64,000 nucleotides of DNA. It comes from an uncultured Opitutaceae bacterium. GTDB taxonomy: Bacteria > Verrucomicrobiota > Verrucomicrobiia > Opitutales > Opitutaceae. Below are positions 18,480-28,726 of this stretch, piece after piece (position 1 is the first letter of the stretch; every line of letters begins with the position of its first letter). The stretch covers positions 10,539 through 74,538 of the forward strand of contig CAIYUN010000041.1 of NCBI GenBank assembly GCA_903929355.1. The letters are read 5' to 3'. The notes under the pieces were generated by a model, which saw nothing but the letters and a program-made list of their open reading frames with translations, was not told where the DNA came from and made no database searches. The position numbers and the translations under genes were made by a program.

Positions 18480-19121
18480 GGCCAATCCCGGCGCGCCGCC
18501 GCTTGGTGCCACCTCGGCGATTTCAGCCAGGTCGCACAAGATGTCCAAGATAGCCGGAATACGGGCGCAGAAATTGGCGTCGGAAAACGAGTCATCCAGT
18601 GGAATATACTTCACCAGGAATTCCGCCAACTCGAAGCGCCCCTTCAATCCGGCCGCATGCACCGCCAGGAGCTTCCCGCGCAATTCCGGGAGCAGCGCCA
18701 CCACAAAATATTCTGGTCGGTTCGACTGGACGAACCACGCGGCATCAAAGACCGCATCGCATGTGGCCAGACTGTGCCATCCTCCGATCTCCTCGCCGAT
18801 CTTGCTGAAACTGGTCCGCGTGACCAATTGGAATGTTAGACCGGTATCCTGCGTTGGCCGTGCCGAAATCGTGGGCTCGCTCGTTTGACGACCGGGCCCA
18901 CCCCAGCCGCTGATTTCGGTGAACACCTCGACTGTTTTACCGCGCAGGATGCCCGTCACCGAGCGCGGTCGGGCCACAAACTCCAGCCCAAGCTGTTCCG
19001 CCAGCCTGCGTAGGTTTTCCTCCGGCTTCACGCCCTGCCTAGTGTATCCCACAATCCATACTACAATGAACACGAGCCCGAATGCATCGGATATAAACAT
19101 CGGGAGCAGACTTTTATCCAT
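18465..19121 (-). CDS. hypothetical membrane-anchored protein
   Basis: 218-aa ORF with one N-terminal TM helix (FGLVFIVVWIVGY). Visibly lower GC than its neighbours. The 3' end runs into a REP copy. Confidence 0.5.
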   Translation of the reverse strand: MDKSLLPMFISDAFGLVFIVVWIVGYTRQGVKPEENLRRLAEQLGLEFVARPRSVTGILRGKTVEVFTEISGWGGPGRQTSEPTISARPTQDTGLTFQLVTRTSFSKIGEEIGGWHSLATCDAVFDAAWFVQSNRPEYFVVALLPELRGKLLAVHAAGLKGRFELAEFLVKYIPLDDSFSDANFCARIPAILDILCDLAEIAEVAPSGGAPGLAGGAS

Positions 19122-19279
19122 GTCCGCAAACTGCCAGACCGTCCCGTCCGCGCCAACATATTATCGCGAACACTGGGTCTGGCATCATCCGGCCAGCGCG
19201 GCCCCACCCAAAACTCCTGCGGCTTCACCACCCGCTTCGGACTGATTTCGGGGTCAACCGACGAAGCTCCATTCAGGGT

Positions 19280-19313
19280 CTTATCCGTGTTGATCCGGGT
19301 AATCCGTGGTTAA
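19280..19313. repeat. CACGGAT word repeat (inverted orientation) abutting the uvrC stop
   Basis: CTTATCCGTGTTGATCCGGGTAATCCGTGGTTAA. Confidence 0.7.
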
Positions 19314-20822
19314 TCAGCCTTCCGCGCCTTCCGGCAATAATTGCTGTCCGCCCAGAAACACCTTCAGCTCCCCCGCGCGTTTCAGCCCGATTCCTGGGAC
19401 CTCGGCGATCTCGGCTGCGCCCGCCGCCCGCAATTTCTCCAATCCGCCGAAATGCGCCAGCACCGCGGCGCGGCGCTTCGGCCCGAGGCCGGGGAAATCG
19501 TCGAGCACGCTCTCGCGGATTTTCCTTGAGCGCAGATTGGCGTTGTAGGTGTTGGCGAAGCGGTGCGCCTCGTCGCGCAGGCGCTGGAGCAGCCGCAACC
19601 CGGGGTGCGCCAGGGGCAGGTTGAGCGGCTCGCGGGCGTCGGGAAAGATCACCGTCTCCTTCTTCTTGGCCAGACCGATGAGCGGCGGCGGGTTGAGGTC
19701 GAGCGCGAAAAACGCCTTGAGTGCCGCGCCCACCTGCCCCCTCCCACCGTCAATCACCACGAGGTCGGGAAACGGCTTCTGCTCGTTGGCGAGCCGCCGG
19801 TAGCGGCGCCCCACGACCTCCTCCATCGCGCGGAAGTCATCGTTGCCGATGAAGCTCTTGATCTGGAAGCGCCGGTATTGGGCCTTGTCCGGCCGGCCGT
19901 CGGCGAAGCGCACCATTGAGGCCACGACAAAGGTGCCGCTGATGTGCGAGATGTCGAAGCACTCCATCGTGCGCGGTGGCGCGGGCAACCCGAGTGCCTC
20001 CTGCAGCGCGTGGAGCGCCGTCGCGTCGGCCGCCGGCCGCGCCGGGTCGCCGCGCTCGAAGCGGCGCGTGCGGCGCAGCGTCTCCTCCAGGGCGAAGACG
20101 ATGTCGCGCAGCTCGGCCGCCTGCTCGAACGCCTGCTTCCCGGCGGCGGCCTGCATCTCGGCGCGCAGCGCCGCCAGCCACTCGCGCGACTTGCCCTCCA
20201 GGAACTCGCACGCGGCAGCGACCCGCGCCCGGTAGGCCTCGGCCGTCACGGTGTGCTCGCCGCCGTAGATTTCCTCGCGCACATCGTCGTACAGCCGCCA
20301 GGTGCCGTCGGGGAGCTGCTGCGGCGTGGAGTCGGCCAGCAGGATGCCAAACTGGCGGCGCATCTGTGCGAGGGTCTTCCGCAGCAACCCGCTGTGCGCG
20401 AACGGCCCGAAGTAGCGCGAACGGTCGTCCTTCCGCAGCCGCGTGAGCCTGAAGCACGGCAGCTCCTCGCCGGGGTCCACCCGCACCAGCAGGAAGCGCT
20501 TGTCGTCGGTGAAGTCGGTGTTGTAGCGCGGCCGCCACTGCTTGATGAGCTTGCCCTCCAGCAGCAGCGCCTCGGGCTCGGACCGCACCCCGATGGTGTC
20601 GAAATCGGCGATGAGGCTGATCAACGCCCGGATCTTCGGCTGCGCGACCGCCCGCGCCCGGCCGCGTTGAAAATAGGATGATACCCTTTTTTTAAGTGAT
20701 TTTGCCTTACCTACATATATGATTCTTCCAAGCCGGTCCTTCATCAAATAGACGCCGGGCGTGTCGGGCAGTTCCCTACATTTTTTCTTCAGACTGTTCG
20801 GGGCGGGCGCTGGCATTTTCAA
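19314..20822 (-). CDS. uvrC: excinuclease ABC subunit C
   Basis: GIY-YIG motif GVYLMKDRLGRIIYVGKAKSLKKRV, UVR-like FEQAAELRD, C-terminal HhH (VPGIGLKRAGEL). Compact at 502 aa. Confidence 0.9.
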   Translation of the reverse strand: MKMPAPAPNSLKKKCRELPDTPGVYLMKDRLGRIIYVGKAKSLKKRVSSYFQRGRARAVAQPKIRALISLIADFDTIGVRSEPEALLLEGKLIKQWRPRYNTDFTDDKRFLLVRVDPGEELPCFRLTRLRKDDRSRYFGPFAHSGLLRKTLAQMRRQFGILLADSTPQQLPDGTWRLYDDVREEIYGGEHTVTAEAYRARVAAACEFLEGKSREWLAALRAEMQAAAGKQAFEQAAELRDIVFALEETLRRTRRFERGDPARPAADATALHALQEALGLPAPPRTMECFDISHISGTFVVASMVRFADGRPDKAQYRRFQIKSFIGNDDFRAMEEVVGRRYRRLANEQKPFPDLVVIDGGRGQVGAALKAFFALDLNPPPLIGLAKKKETVIFPDAREPLNLPLAHPGLRLLQRLRDEAHRFANTYNANLRSRKIRESVLDDFPGLGPKRRAAVLAHFGGLEKLRAAGAAEIAEVPGIGLKRAGELKVFLGGQQLLPEGAEG

Positions 20823-20854
20823 CCGTCTGGCCTAATTTACGGTCCGCAACAAGC

Positions 20855-22228
20855 ATGGTTTCCAGTCCCGACATCCCTTCCCCCCGCGCGCGCCCGCGTT
20901 TTGAGTTGCTCACGCTCGGTGACGAGTTGCTCCTCGGGCTCACGGCCAACAGCCACCTCGCCTTCATCGGCCGCGAGCTCAGTCGGCGGGGCGTGGAGCT
21001 GGCGCGCAACGTCACGGTGGGCGATGCCGCCGACACCATCGCCGCCGAGGTCCGGGCGAGCTGGGCCAGCGCCGACGTGGTCATCCTCACCGGTGGCCTC
21101 GGGCCGACCTGCGATGACCGCACGCGCGAGGTCGTCGCCGCCGTGCTGGGGGAGGAGCTCGTGTTCGACCCTGCGATCGAGCATGCCATCGCCGAGCGGT
21201 TTGCCCGGTTCGGCCGGGCGATGACGCCCAACAACCGCAAGCAGGCGTTCAAGTTCGCGCGTGGCGAGGTGCTGCCCAACCCCAACGGCACCGCACCCGG
21301 CCTCTGGTTCACCTCCGACCGCAAGGCGCTCGTGCTGCTGCCCGGGCCGCCCCATGAATTGCATCCGATGTTCACCGAACAGGTGCTGCCGCGCCTGGCG
21401 CGGCTCGGCCTGCTCGCGGCCCGTGAGCCGTATGTGCAGTTCCGCACGGCGGGGGTTGGCGAGTCCCTCTTTGAGACGAAGCTCCAGCCGCTGTTCGACC
21501 GTTACGGCGACGGGCTCAACGTGGGCTTTTGCGCGCACCTGGGCGCGGTGGATGTCCGGCTTGGCGCGACCGACGGCCGACTGGATCTGGAGCGGCTGGA
21601 GCGGCTGACCGCCGGCTGTGAACGGCTGCTCGGCGAGGACTTTGTCTGTTACGGGCACGACTCGCTGGCGAAAGTCTGCGCCGATCTGCTGCGGGCGCGG
21701 GAAAAAAAACTCGCCGTCGCCGAGGCCGCGACCGGCGGCATGCTGGCGGCCGCGCTCACGGAAATCTGCGGGGCGGGCAAGTTTTTCGCCGGGGGCGTGG
21801 TGTGCTGCTCCAATGACGCCAAGATTCAGCTCCTCGGCGTGCCCGAGTGCCTGCTCAAACAACATGGCGCGGTGAGCGCCGAGTGCGCGGTCGCGCTGGC
21901 GACAGGCGCAGCGGAAATCTTTGGCGCCGACTACGCCGTGGCCATCACCGGCGCCACCGCGGCCGGCAGCACCGCGCCGTGGGGCCACTCGCCTCAGGGC
22001 GCCGACCCGGCGGGCAACGGCTCGGCCCAGGAAAATCCGGTCGGAACGATGTTCCTGGCCCTGCACGCGCCCCATGGCGTCTGGTCAAAAAAAATCTCCC
22101 ATCCCGGCCCGCGCCCGGCCGCGCGCGAGCGCGCCGTCAACGCCGCGCTCGACTGGCTCCGCCGCGAGCTGGTCCGCGCCCCCGCCAGCGCCCGCAGCCC
22201 CCGCGAGGACTCCGCCCTCCGGGCGTGA
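20855..22228 (+). CDS. cinA: CinA family protein (MoCF-like domain plus nicotinamide-nucleotide amidase PncC domain)
   Basis: FELLTLGDELLLG...LTGGLGPTCDDRTRE N-domain; C-terminal CinA domain AVAEAATGGMLAAALT. Confidence 0.85.
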   Translation: MVSSPDIPSPRARPRFELLTLGDELLLGLTANSHLAFIGRELSRRGVELARNVTVGDAADTIAAEVRASWASADVVILTGGLGPTCDDRTREVVAAVLGEELVFDPAIEHAIAERFARFGRAMTPNNRKQAFKFARGEVLPNPNGTAPGLWFTSDRKALVLLPGPPHELHPMFTEQVLPRLARLGLLAAREPYVQFRTAGVGESLFETKLQPLFDRYGDGLNVGFCAHLGAVDVRLGATDGRLDLERLERLTAGCERLLGEDFVCYGHDSLAKVCADLLRAREKKLAVAEAATGGMLAAALTEICGAGKFFAGGVVCCSNDAKIQLLGVPECLLKQHGAVSAECAVALATGAAEIFGADYAVAITGATAAGSTAPWGHSPQGADPAGNGSAQENPVGTMFLALHAPHGVWSKKISHPGPRPAARERAVNAALDWLRRELVRAPASARSPREDSALRA

Positions 22229-22241
22229 GGCTGCCCCACAA

Positions 22242-22283
22242 GGGTGGAACCGGTTGACCCAACCGGTTGCGCGCTTCGCGCGC
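22242..22283. repeat. REP-A single B-type unit
   Basis: GGGTGGAACCGGTTGACCCAACCGGTTGCGCGCTTCGCGCGC, just after the cinA stop. Confidence 0.65.
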
Positions 22284-22343
22284 TCATGGTCAAGACCCGC
22301 CGATCCGCGACCAACTTTCCGCCCTTCCCTGTCCGCGCCAACT

Positions 22344-23357
22344 TCAGCGACGGCCGAAACCTTCCTTGTCCTCCGTAGCTTCAGCGAAGGAGGAAGCCTT
22401 TTGGCGTGCCGCCCGCCAGCGCGCGCACAGGTCGCGGGCGGCCCCGGCCCATTCGGGAAACTCAAACTTAAACCCGTCCTGCAGCAGCCGGGTCGGCACG
22501 ACCCGCCGGCTTTTCAGGATCAGCTCAGTCTCGGTCCGCATGAACCATGCCCCGGCCTCCAGCACCAAACCCGACGCCGGCAGGCCGAGCCGGCGGCCCC
22601 ACGCCTCCCGCAGCGCCCGCATGAATTCCGCGTTGGGCAGCGGGCCGGGCGCGGCCAGATTGACCGGGCCGGCGAGCGTGTCGCGATCGATGAGCCAGCG
22701 GACCGCCCGCACGAAATCATGCTCGTGAATCCATGAGACATATTGGCGACCGTCCCCGGCCCTGCCGCCCAACCCGCGCCGCACCAGGCCCAGCATGACC
22801 TCGAACGCCCCGCCCGGCTCCGCGCTCATCATTATCGTAGTACGCAACAACACCTGCCGCGTGTGAGGCAGCGGGCCGCCCTCCGTCGCGGCCTGCTCCC
22901 ACGCCGTGGCGACCTTCAGGATGTCCTGCCAGGTTTTTGGCGTGTCCGTCGCCCCAGTGGCCATGAGGCCGGTCAGCTCGTCGTTGGGGGCATCATAGCG
23001 GTGGGCGTAGATGGTCGCGGTGGACGCCTGCAACCACACGCGGGGCGGATTGGCCGCGCGGCGGATGGCCTGCCCCACAATGAGGGTGGCATCCACCCGC
23101 GACTCGGTGAGGGCACGGAGATTGGCGGGAGTGTAGCGGCAGTTGATGCTCCGCCCGGCGAGATTGATCACCGCGTCCGCGCCCTCAAATTCCGCCACCC
23201 AGCCGCCCAACGAGCGCGCGTCCCACGGCACCACGCGGAATGGTGCGTCGGCGACCGCCCCGCGACTGAGGACAACCACCTCGTGGCCTTCCTCATGGAA
23301 AGCGTGCGCCAGTATCCGTCCGATCTGTCCGGTGCCGCCGGGGATGATGATTTTCAT
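22344..23357 (-). CDS. TIGR01777/SDR39U1-type epimerase family protein (DUF1731)
   Basis: MKIIIPGGTGQIGRILA Rossmann start; paralog of 49418..50368. The last ~20 codons are encoded by a REP-like hairpin. Confidence 0.8.
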   Translation of the reverse strand: MKIIIPGGTGQIGRILAHAFHEEGHEVVVLSRGAVADAPFRVVPWDARSLGGWVAEFEGADAVINLAGRSINCRYTPANLRALTESRVDATLIVGQAIRRAANPPRVWLQASTATIYAHRYDAPNDELTGLMATGATDTPKTWQDILKVATAWEQAATEGGPLPHTRQVLLRTTIMMSAEPGGAFEVMLGLVRRGLGGRAGDGRQYVSWIHEHDFVRAVRWLIDRDTLAGPVNLAAPGPLPNAEFMRALREAWGRRLGLPASGLVLEAGAWFMRTETELILKSRRVVPTRLLQDGFKFEFPEWAGAARDLCARWRAARQKASSFAEATEDKEGFGRR

Positions 23358-23377
23358 GGGGGGAGGGGAGTTGCGTG

Positions 23378-23478
23378 ACAGGAGCCTGCATGGTCGCGCC
23401 GGATACCTAGTGTCGGCGGATGCAGGCGGTGGAGAGATGGTGACATGCCCTTGATCGCCTGCAAGCAGGCTCCTACAG
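23378..23478. repeat. REP-B hairpins (GGAGCCTGC-N-GCAGGC type)
   Basis: GACAGGAGCCTGCATGG...GGATGCAGGCGG and GATCGCCTGCAAGCAGGCTCCTACAG, between divergent genes. A similar GTAGGAGCCTGCATGCAGGCGA lies at 13179..13200. Confidence 0.6.
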
Positions 23479-23490
23479 TCGGAGGCTCAC

Positions 23491-24609
<1,119 letters not shown>

Positions 24610-24624
24610 CACCCTGTCTTCCTA

Positions 24625-24668
24625 CCGGCCATCGGCCAGATCGGTCCGATCCGTCCGTTCCGACGGCT
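24625..24668. repeat. GATCCGA/CCGATC word repeat between convergent rlmN and SLT genes
   Basis: CCGGCCATCGGCCAGATCGGTCCGATCCGTCCGTTCCGACGGC. Confidence 0.6.
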
Positions 24669-24708
24669 CCCACGCGACCAACGCAGGCTCCCCCAGGTGG
24701 CCTGCTAA

Positions 24709-25755
24709 TCACGGCCCCGCCGGCCCATCCAGGTCCACGCCCTCGCGCAGATTCACAATCGCGAGCACCTTGGGCACATAGAGGCGGGTCTCGCCCGGCA
24801 GCGCGTCGGCGATCCCGGCGAAGGTGGTGGTGTGGCGCGAGGCCAGCAGACGGCTCACGCGGCCTTCCCCGGTGTTGTCGGCCGCGAGCGCAAGCGGCCA
24901 GGTGCCGAATTTCGCGTGCAACCGGCGCAACAGTTGCGCCGAGGCGTGGGCGCTCTTGGCGGGGTCGGTGCGGTCGTCAGGAAAAAAGGTGCTCAGGCCC
25001 AGGTCATGGGCTGTTCCCGGCATGAGCTGATAGAGGCCCCGAGCGCCGGCCGGGCTGCGGGCCAGCGGATTGAAGCCCGATTCCGCCTCGGCCAGCCAGG
25101 CCAGCGCCGGCGGCACGCCCTCGGAGGCGAAGGCTGTTTTTGCCGCCGGCAACAGCGCCGCGGCCCGTGCGGGCGGTGGTCGGTCACGCAGCCGGGCGGC
25201 CCACAGCTCATACAACGGGACCTTGGTCCGGGGTGGTGGCGGCGGGGGCGGTTCGCCGGGTTGGGGCGGAATGATGGTGGGCGGTGGTGGCGGCGGCTTC
25301 AGGCTCTCCCGGGCCACGTCCATTTCCTCAATCCGGGCCTGGAGCCAGTCGGCATAGTCCCGGTCCTCGGGCACCGTCCGCAGGGCCGCCAGCGCCAGTT
25401 TCGCGTTGTCCTCATAGGCGACGAGGCTGGCGAGCGAGCCGGTGTCGAGCGCGGTCTGCAGGTGCGCGACAAACTCCTCCAGCTCCGCGCGCGTGGGAAA
25501 ATCGTACTGCGCCTTGATCTCCGGCGGGGCCAGCGCGTCGAACAGCGCCTTGGCCTGGTCGTAGAGCTCCGCGTCGGACGGCGGTGCGGCCGGTGGCGGG
25601 CTGGTCGCCGGCGGGGCCGCGCCGCTTGATGCGGCCAGCAGCAGCGCGAGCGCGCCCAGAGAGAGTTTGGCGGAGATTTTTTTCACCGGGGAATGGCCGA
25701 CCCACACCTTAACGGTTCCCTCGGGAACCGCGAGCGGGATTAGTAACGCCGGCAT
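24709..25755 (-). CDS. lytic transglycosylase (SLT domain) with proline-rich linker
   Basis: C-terminal third of ORF 24709..27030(-). AEAESGFNPLARSPAGARGLYQLMPGTA SLT motif. Met at 25755, or more likely GTG at 25686 giving the signal peptide KKISAKLSLGALALLLAASS. Confidence 0.8.
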   Translation of the reverse strand: MPALLIPLAVPEGTVKVWVGHSPVKKISAKLSLGALALLLAASSGAAPPATSPPPAAPPSDAELYDQAKALFDALAPPEIKAQYDFPTRAELEEFVAHLQTALDTGSLASLVAYEDNAKLALAALRTVPEDRDYADWLQARIEEMDVARESLKPPPPPPTIIPPQPGEPPPPPPPRTKVPLYELWAARLRDRPPPARAAALLPAAKTAFASEGVPPALAWLAEAESGFNPLARSPAGARGLYQLMPGTAHDLGLSTFFPDDRTDPAKSAHASAQLLRRLHAKFGTWPLALAADNTGEGRVSRLLASRHTTTFAGIADALPGETRLYVPKVLAIVNLREGVDLDGPAGP

Positions 25756-25878
25756 CCTGCCTGCCTCCAGCCTCCGGTTTGCGTCCTTTGCGAACTTGGT
25801 GTCAAATACTCCGGCCTCCCCCCAGACTTTCCCGTTTGACCCCTCCGCCGGCGCGGTTAGACAGACCAGCCCGCTCCC

Positions 25879-27252
25879 TTGAACCGCGTCCACCTCAAGA
25901 CCTATGGCTGCCAGATGAACGAGCGCGACAGCGAGGCTGTCGCGGCCATGCTGCGTGCGCGCGGCTACCGGATTGTCGCCGATGAAAACGACTGCGACAT
26001 CCTGCTCCTCAACACCTGCTCGGTGCGCGATGCGGCCGAGCAAAAGGCCATCGGCAAGGCCGGCTATCTCTCCCAGCGGAAGAAAAGGCAGCCGGCCTTC
26101 ATCCTGGGCATCCTCGGCTGCATGGCGCAGAACCGGGGCGCGGCGCTCCTCGACCAGCTGCCCGATGTGGATCTCATCGTCGGCACCCAGAAGTTTCACC
26201 GCGTGCCCGATTACCTCGACAATCTTCGCGCCGCGCGCGAGGCGGGTGTGCCCATCGGCGCCGGCCTGGTGGACATTGCCGAGGAGGCCGGCTCGCAAAA
26301 CACCATCCGCGACCACCTGCCGCCGGCCGCGGAAGACGAGACCCCCGCCGTGGGTGCCTTTGTCTCCATCCAACAGGGCTGCGACATGCATTGCTCGTTC
26401 TGCATCGTCCCCAAGACCCGTGGCGACGAGCGCTCGCGGCCGATGGAGGAGATTGTCGCGGAGTGCCGCCAGCTCGCGGAGCGCGGGGTGCGCGAGATCA
26501 CGCTGCTCGGCCAGATCGTCACCAGCTACGGTCGGCGCGATTACGCGGCGGTCGGCGGCGTCTCGGCGTTTGTGCAGTTGCTGGACCGCATCCACGCGAT
26601 CGAAGGCCTGGAGCGCATCCGGTTCACGTCGCCCCATCCGCGGGGATTCCGGGAGGACCTGGTCGCGGCCTACGCGCGCCTGCCGAAACTGTGCGAATAC
26701 GTCCACCTGCCGATGCAGAGCGGCAGCAACCGCATCCTCCGCGCGATGAACCGGCCCTACACCCGCGAGCGTTACCTGGAGATCGTGGCCGCCCTGCGCG
26801 CCGCGCAGCCGAAGATGTATTTCTCGACCGACGTGATCGTGGGCTTCCCCGGCGAGACCGAGGAGGACTTTGCGCAGACCCGCGAGGTCTTCGAGGCGGC
26901 CAACTACGACATGGCCTACATCTTCAAGTATTCCGTCCGCACGGGCACGCCCGCCGCCGCCATGCCCGACCAGGTCCCGGATGAGGTCAAGGAGGCGCGC
27001 AACCAGCTCCTGCTCGACGTGCTCCGGCAAAACTCGCTGCGCCGGAACGAGGCGCTGGTCGGCACCGTGGAGGAGGTCCTGGTCGAGGGACGCGACCAGA
27101 CCGGCCAGCGCTTCACCGGCCGCACCCGGGGCAACCGGGTGTGTGTGTTTGACGCCGAGCCCCGCCTGATCGGCACGCTCCTCCCCCTGAAGATCACCCG
27201 CACCTCCGTGAGCACGCTCTACGGCGAGCTGGTGCTGGCGGGGGTTGGCTAA
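25879..27252 (+). CDS. miaB: tRNA-2-methylthio-N6-dimethylallyladenosine synthase
   Basis: VHLKTYGCQMNERDSE UPF0004 domain, GCDMHCSFCIVP radical SAM motif, TRAM C-terminus; TTG start. Confidence 0.95.
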   Translation: MNRVHLKTYGCQMNERDSEAVAAMLRARGYRIVADENDCDILLLNTCSVRDAAEQKAIGKAGYLSQRKKRQPAFILGILGCMAQNRGAALLDQLPDVDLIVGTQKFHRVPDYLDNLRAAREAGVPIGAGLVDIAEEAGSQNTIRDHLPPAAEDETPAVGAFVSIQQGCDMHCSFCIVPKTRGDERSRPMEEIVAECRQLAERGVREITLLGQIVTSYGRRDYAAVGGVSAFVQLLDRIHAIEGLERIRFTSPHPRGFREDLVAAYARLPKLCEYVHLPMQSGSNRILRAMNRPYTRERYLEIVAALRAAQPKMYFSTDVIVGFPGETEEDFAQTREVFEAANYDMAYIFKYSVRTGTPAAAMPDQVPDEVKEARNQLLLDVLRQNSLRRNEALVGTVEEVLVEGRDQTGQRFTGRTRGNRVCVFDAEPRLIGTLLPLKITRTSVSTLYGELVLAGVG

Positions 27253-27418
27253 TCATCGTTCTCGTTCTCCTTTCCGGCTCTGCCCTCCTCCCATGCCCAC
27301 CACCACCTTCGATCACGAAAAGCTCCGCGCCGACCAGGAAGCACTTCGCTTCGTCGCCGATGAAGGCGGGGCTGGCTTTGGAAATGAGAACGAGTAGGAG
27401 TAAGAGAACGAGCACGAT
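27252..27418. repeat. MITE-like element with GAGAACG-word inverted arms
   Basis: Left arm ATCATCGTTCTCGTTCTCC; right arm GAGAACGAGTAGGAGTAAGAGAACGAGCACGAT. Encloses the mini-ORF 27293..27397. Related arms at 31428..31516. Confidence 0.65.
27293..27397 (+). pseudogene. 34-codon mini-ORF resembling the N-terminus of a four-helix-bundle protein
   Basis: My translation is MPTTTFDHEKLRADQEALRFVADEGGAGFGNENE*. The FDHEKL-x-x-Q-x-AL-x-F pattern is typical of that family's first helix. It lies between inverted GAGAACG-word arms. Confidence 0.3.
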
Positions 27419-27427
27419 TTTATAACC

Positions 27428-27973
27428 ATGTCCCTCGCTGTCGCCACCCTCATCCCCGGCCTGCTGCTGTTTGCGCTGGGCGCGTTTCTCCTCATCGGCG
27501 GTCCGTCCGCCGGTCCCTTATTCAAGGCCTTCCCGCGCTCCCTAGCGGCGACCGTGGTCCTGTTCGGGGGCGCGGCGGGCTGGTTTCTCAGCAACGTCCT
27601 CGACCTGACCGCCGCCGACTTTGGCGATTATCGGAAGCCGCTGTTTGCGGTCTTCGCGCTGGTGGCAGTGCTGGCGTTCAAGTTCGCCCCCGATTTTCTG
27701 GCGGTGCGTGGCCTGGCGGCCCTGACGCTGCTGGGCTCGTGGCCGCTGCTCACGGCGGCCTACATGAAGTATGACCAGCCCTCGCGCCTGTTCATGGTGA
27801 CGGTGGTGTATGTGGCCATCACGCTCGCCCTCTGGCTGGGCGCGGCCCCCTTCCGCCTGCGGGATTTTTTCCAGTGGCTCTTTGCCCGGCCGGGCCGCAT
27901 CCGCGCGGCCGGCGGGCTGGCCGCCGGGTACGGCCTGCTGTTGGTCGTGGTGGCGTTCACCTACAAATCCTGA
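27428..27973 (+). CDS. hypothetical membrane protein
   Basis: 181-aa ORF of about 5 predicted TM helices; no family recognised. Confidence 0.6.
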   Translation: MSLAVATLIPGLLLFALGAFLLIGGPSAGPLFKAFPRSLAATVVLFGGAAGWFLSNVLDLTAADFGDYRKPLFAVFALVAVLAFKFAPDFLAVRGLAALTLLGSWPLLTAAYMKYDQPSRLFMVTVVYVAITLALWLGAAPFRLRDFFQWLFARPGRIRAAGGLAAGYGLLLVVVAFTYKS

Positions 27974-27977
27974 CCCC

Positions 27978-28589
27978 GTGGACGGCGCCGGTCACTCTTC
28001 CGCGGTGCTGTTGGTCCTCGCGGGCCCCGCGGGCGCGGGCAAGACCACCCTCTGCGAGCGCCTGGTGGCTGTCGTGCCGGACTGCCAGCGCGTCGTCACC
28101 GCCACCACCCGGCCGCCCCGCCCCGGCGAGGCCGACGGCCGGGACTACCATTTTCTCACGCCGGAGCAGTTCGACGCCAAGGTGGCGGCGGGCGAGTTTC
28201 TGGAATGGGCCTGCGTCCATGGCCGGCACCGCTACGGCACCCTGGCCTCCGCAGTGCTCGGGCCCCTCGCGGCCGGCCATGGCCTCGTCCTCAATCTGGA
28301 CGTGCAGGGCGTAGCCGCCTTGCGCCGGTCCGCCGCCACCTCCCTGTTCCTAGCCCAGCGGATGGGCACGGTGTTTATTGACGTCGCCCCGCCCGCGGAG
28401 TTGCGCCGCCGCCTGACGGCCCGCGGCGACAACCCCGCCGAGATTGACCGCCGGATGGAGACGGCGGCGATGGAGTTGCTCGAAAAGGGGAAATTCGACC
28501 ATGTCATCGCCAGCGGCACCCGCGACGCGGATTTCCAGTCGCTGCTCACGATCTGGCGCGAGCTGCAAACCCGCGCCACCGAGGTTTGA
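27978..28589 (+). CDS. gmk: guanylate kinase
   Basis: ORF 27810..28589(+). GTG at 27978 lies just after the preceding stop. P-loop LAGPAGAGKTTL, TTRPPRPGEADGRDYHF. Confidence 0.9.
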   Translation: MDGAGHSSAVLLVLAGPAGAGKTTLCERLVAVVPDCQRVVTATTRPPRPGEADGRDYHFLTPEQFDAKVAAGEFLEWACVHGRHRYGTLASAVLGPLAAGHGLVLNLDVQGVAALRRSAATSLFLAQRMGTVFIDVAPPAELRRRLTARGDNPAEIDRRMETAAMELLEKGKFDHVIASGTRDADFQSLLTIWRELQTRATEV

Positions 28590-28726
28590 ATCCGGGATTC
28601 ACCTTTACTGAACACCGAGGGGAGTCGAAAGAGGGGCACCTGGAGCCGGGGTCAACGACCGCCTGCTCCAGTTCACCCCATTTTCCATTGACCGCGCCCG
28701 ACCGCCAAACCTACCTTCTCCACCCC

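Noticed and set aside
19314-20822. uvrC is truncated (502 aa versus ~600 aa typical).
   Set aside because: GIY-YIG, UVR, endonuclease and HhH regions all appear present and in order, with no frameshift or internal stop. It is likely just a compact ortholog.
24709-27030. 773-aa ORF on the minus strand.
   Set aside because: Only the C-terminal ~348 aa (signal peptide, Pro-rich linker, SLT domain) look like protein. The upstream two-thirds are antisense to the well-supported miaB gene and have Arg/Gly/Ala-rich junk composition typical of high-GC shadow ORFs.
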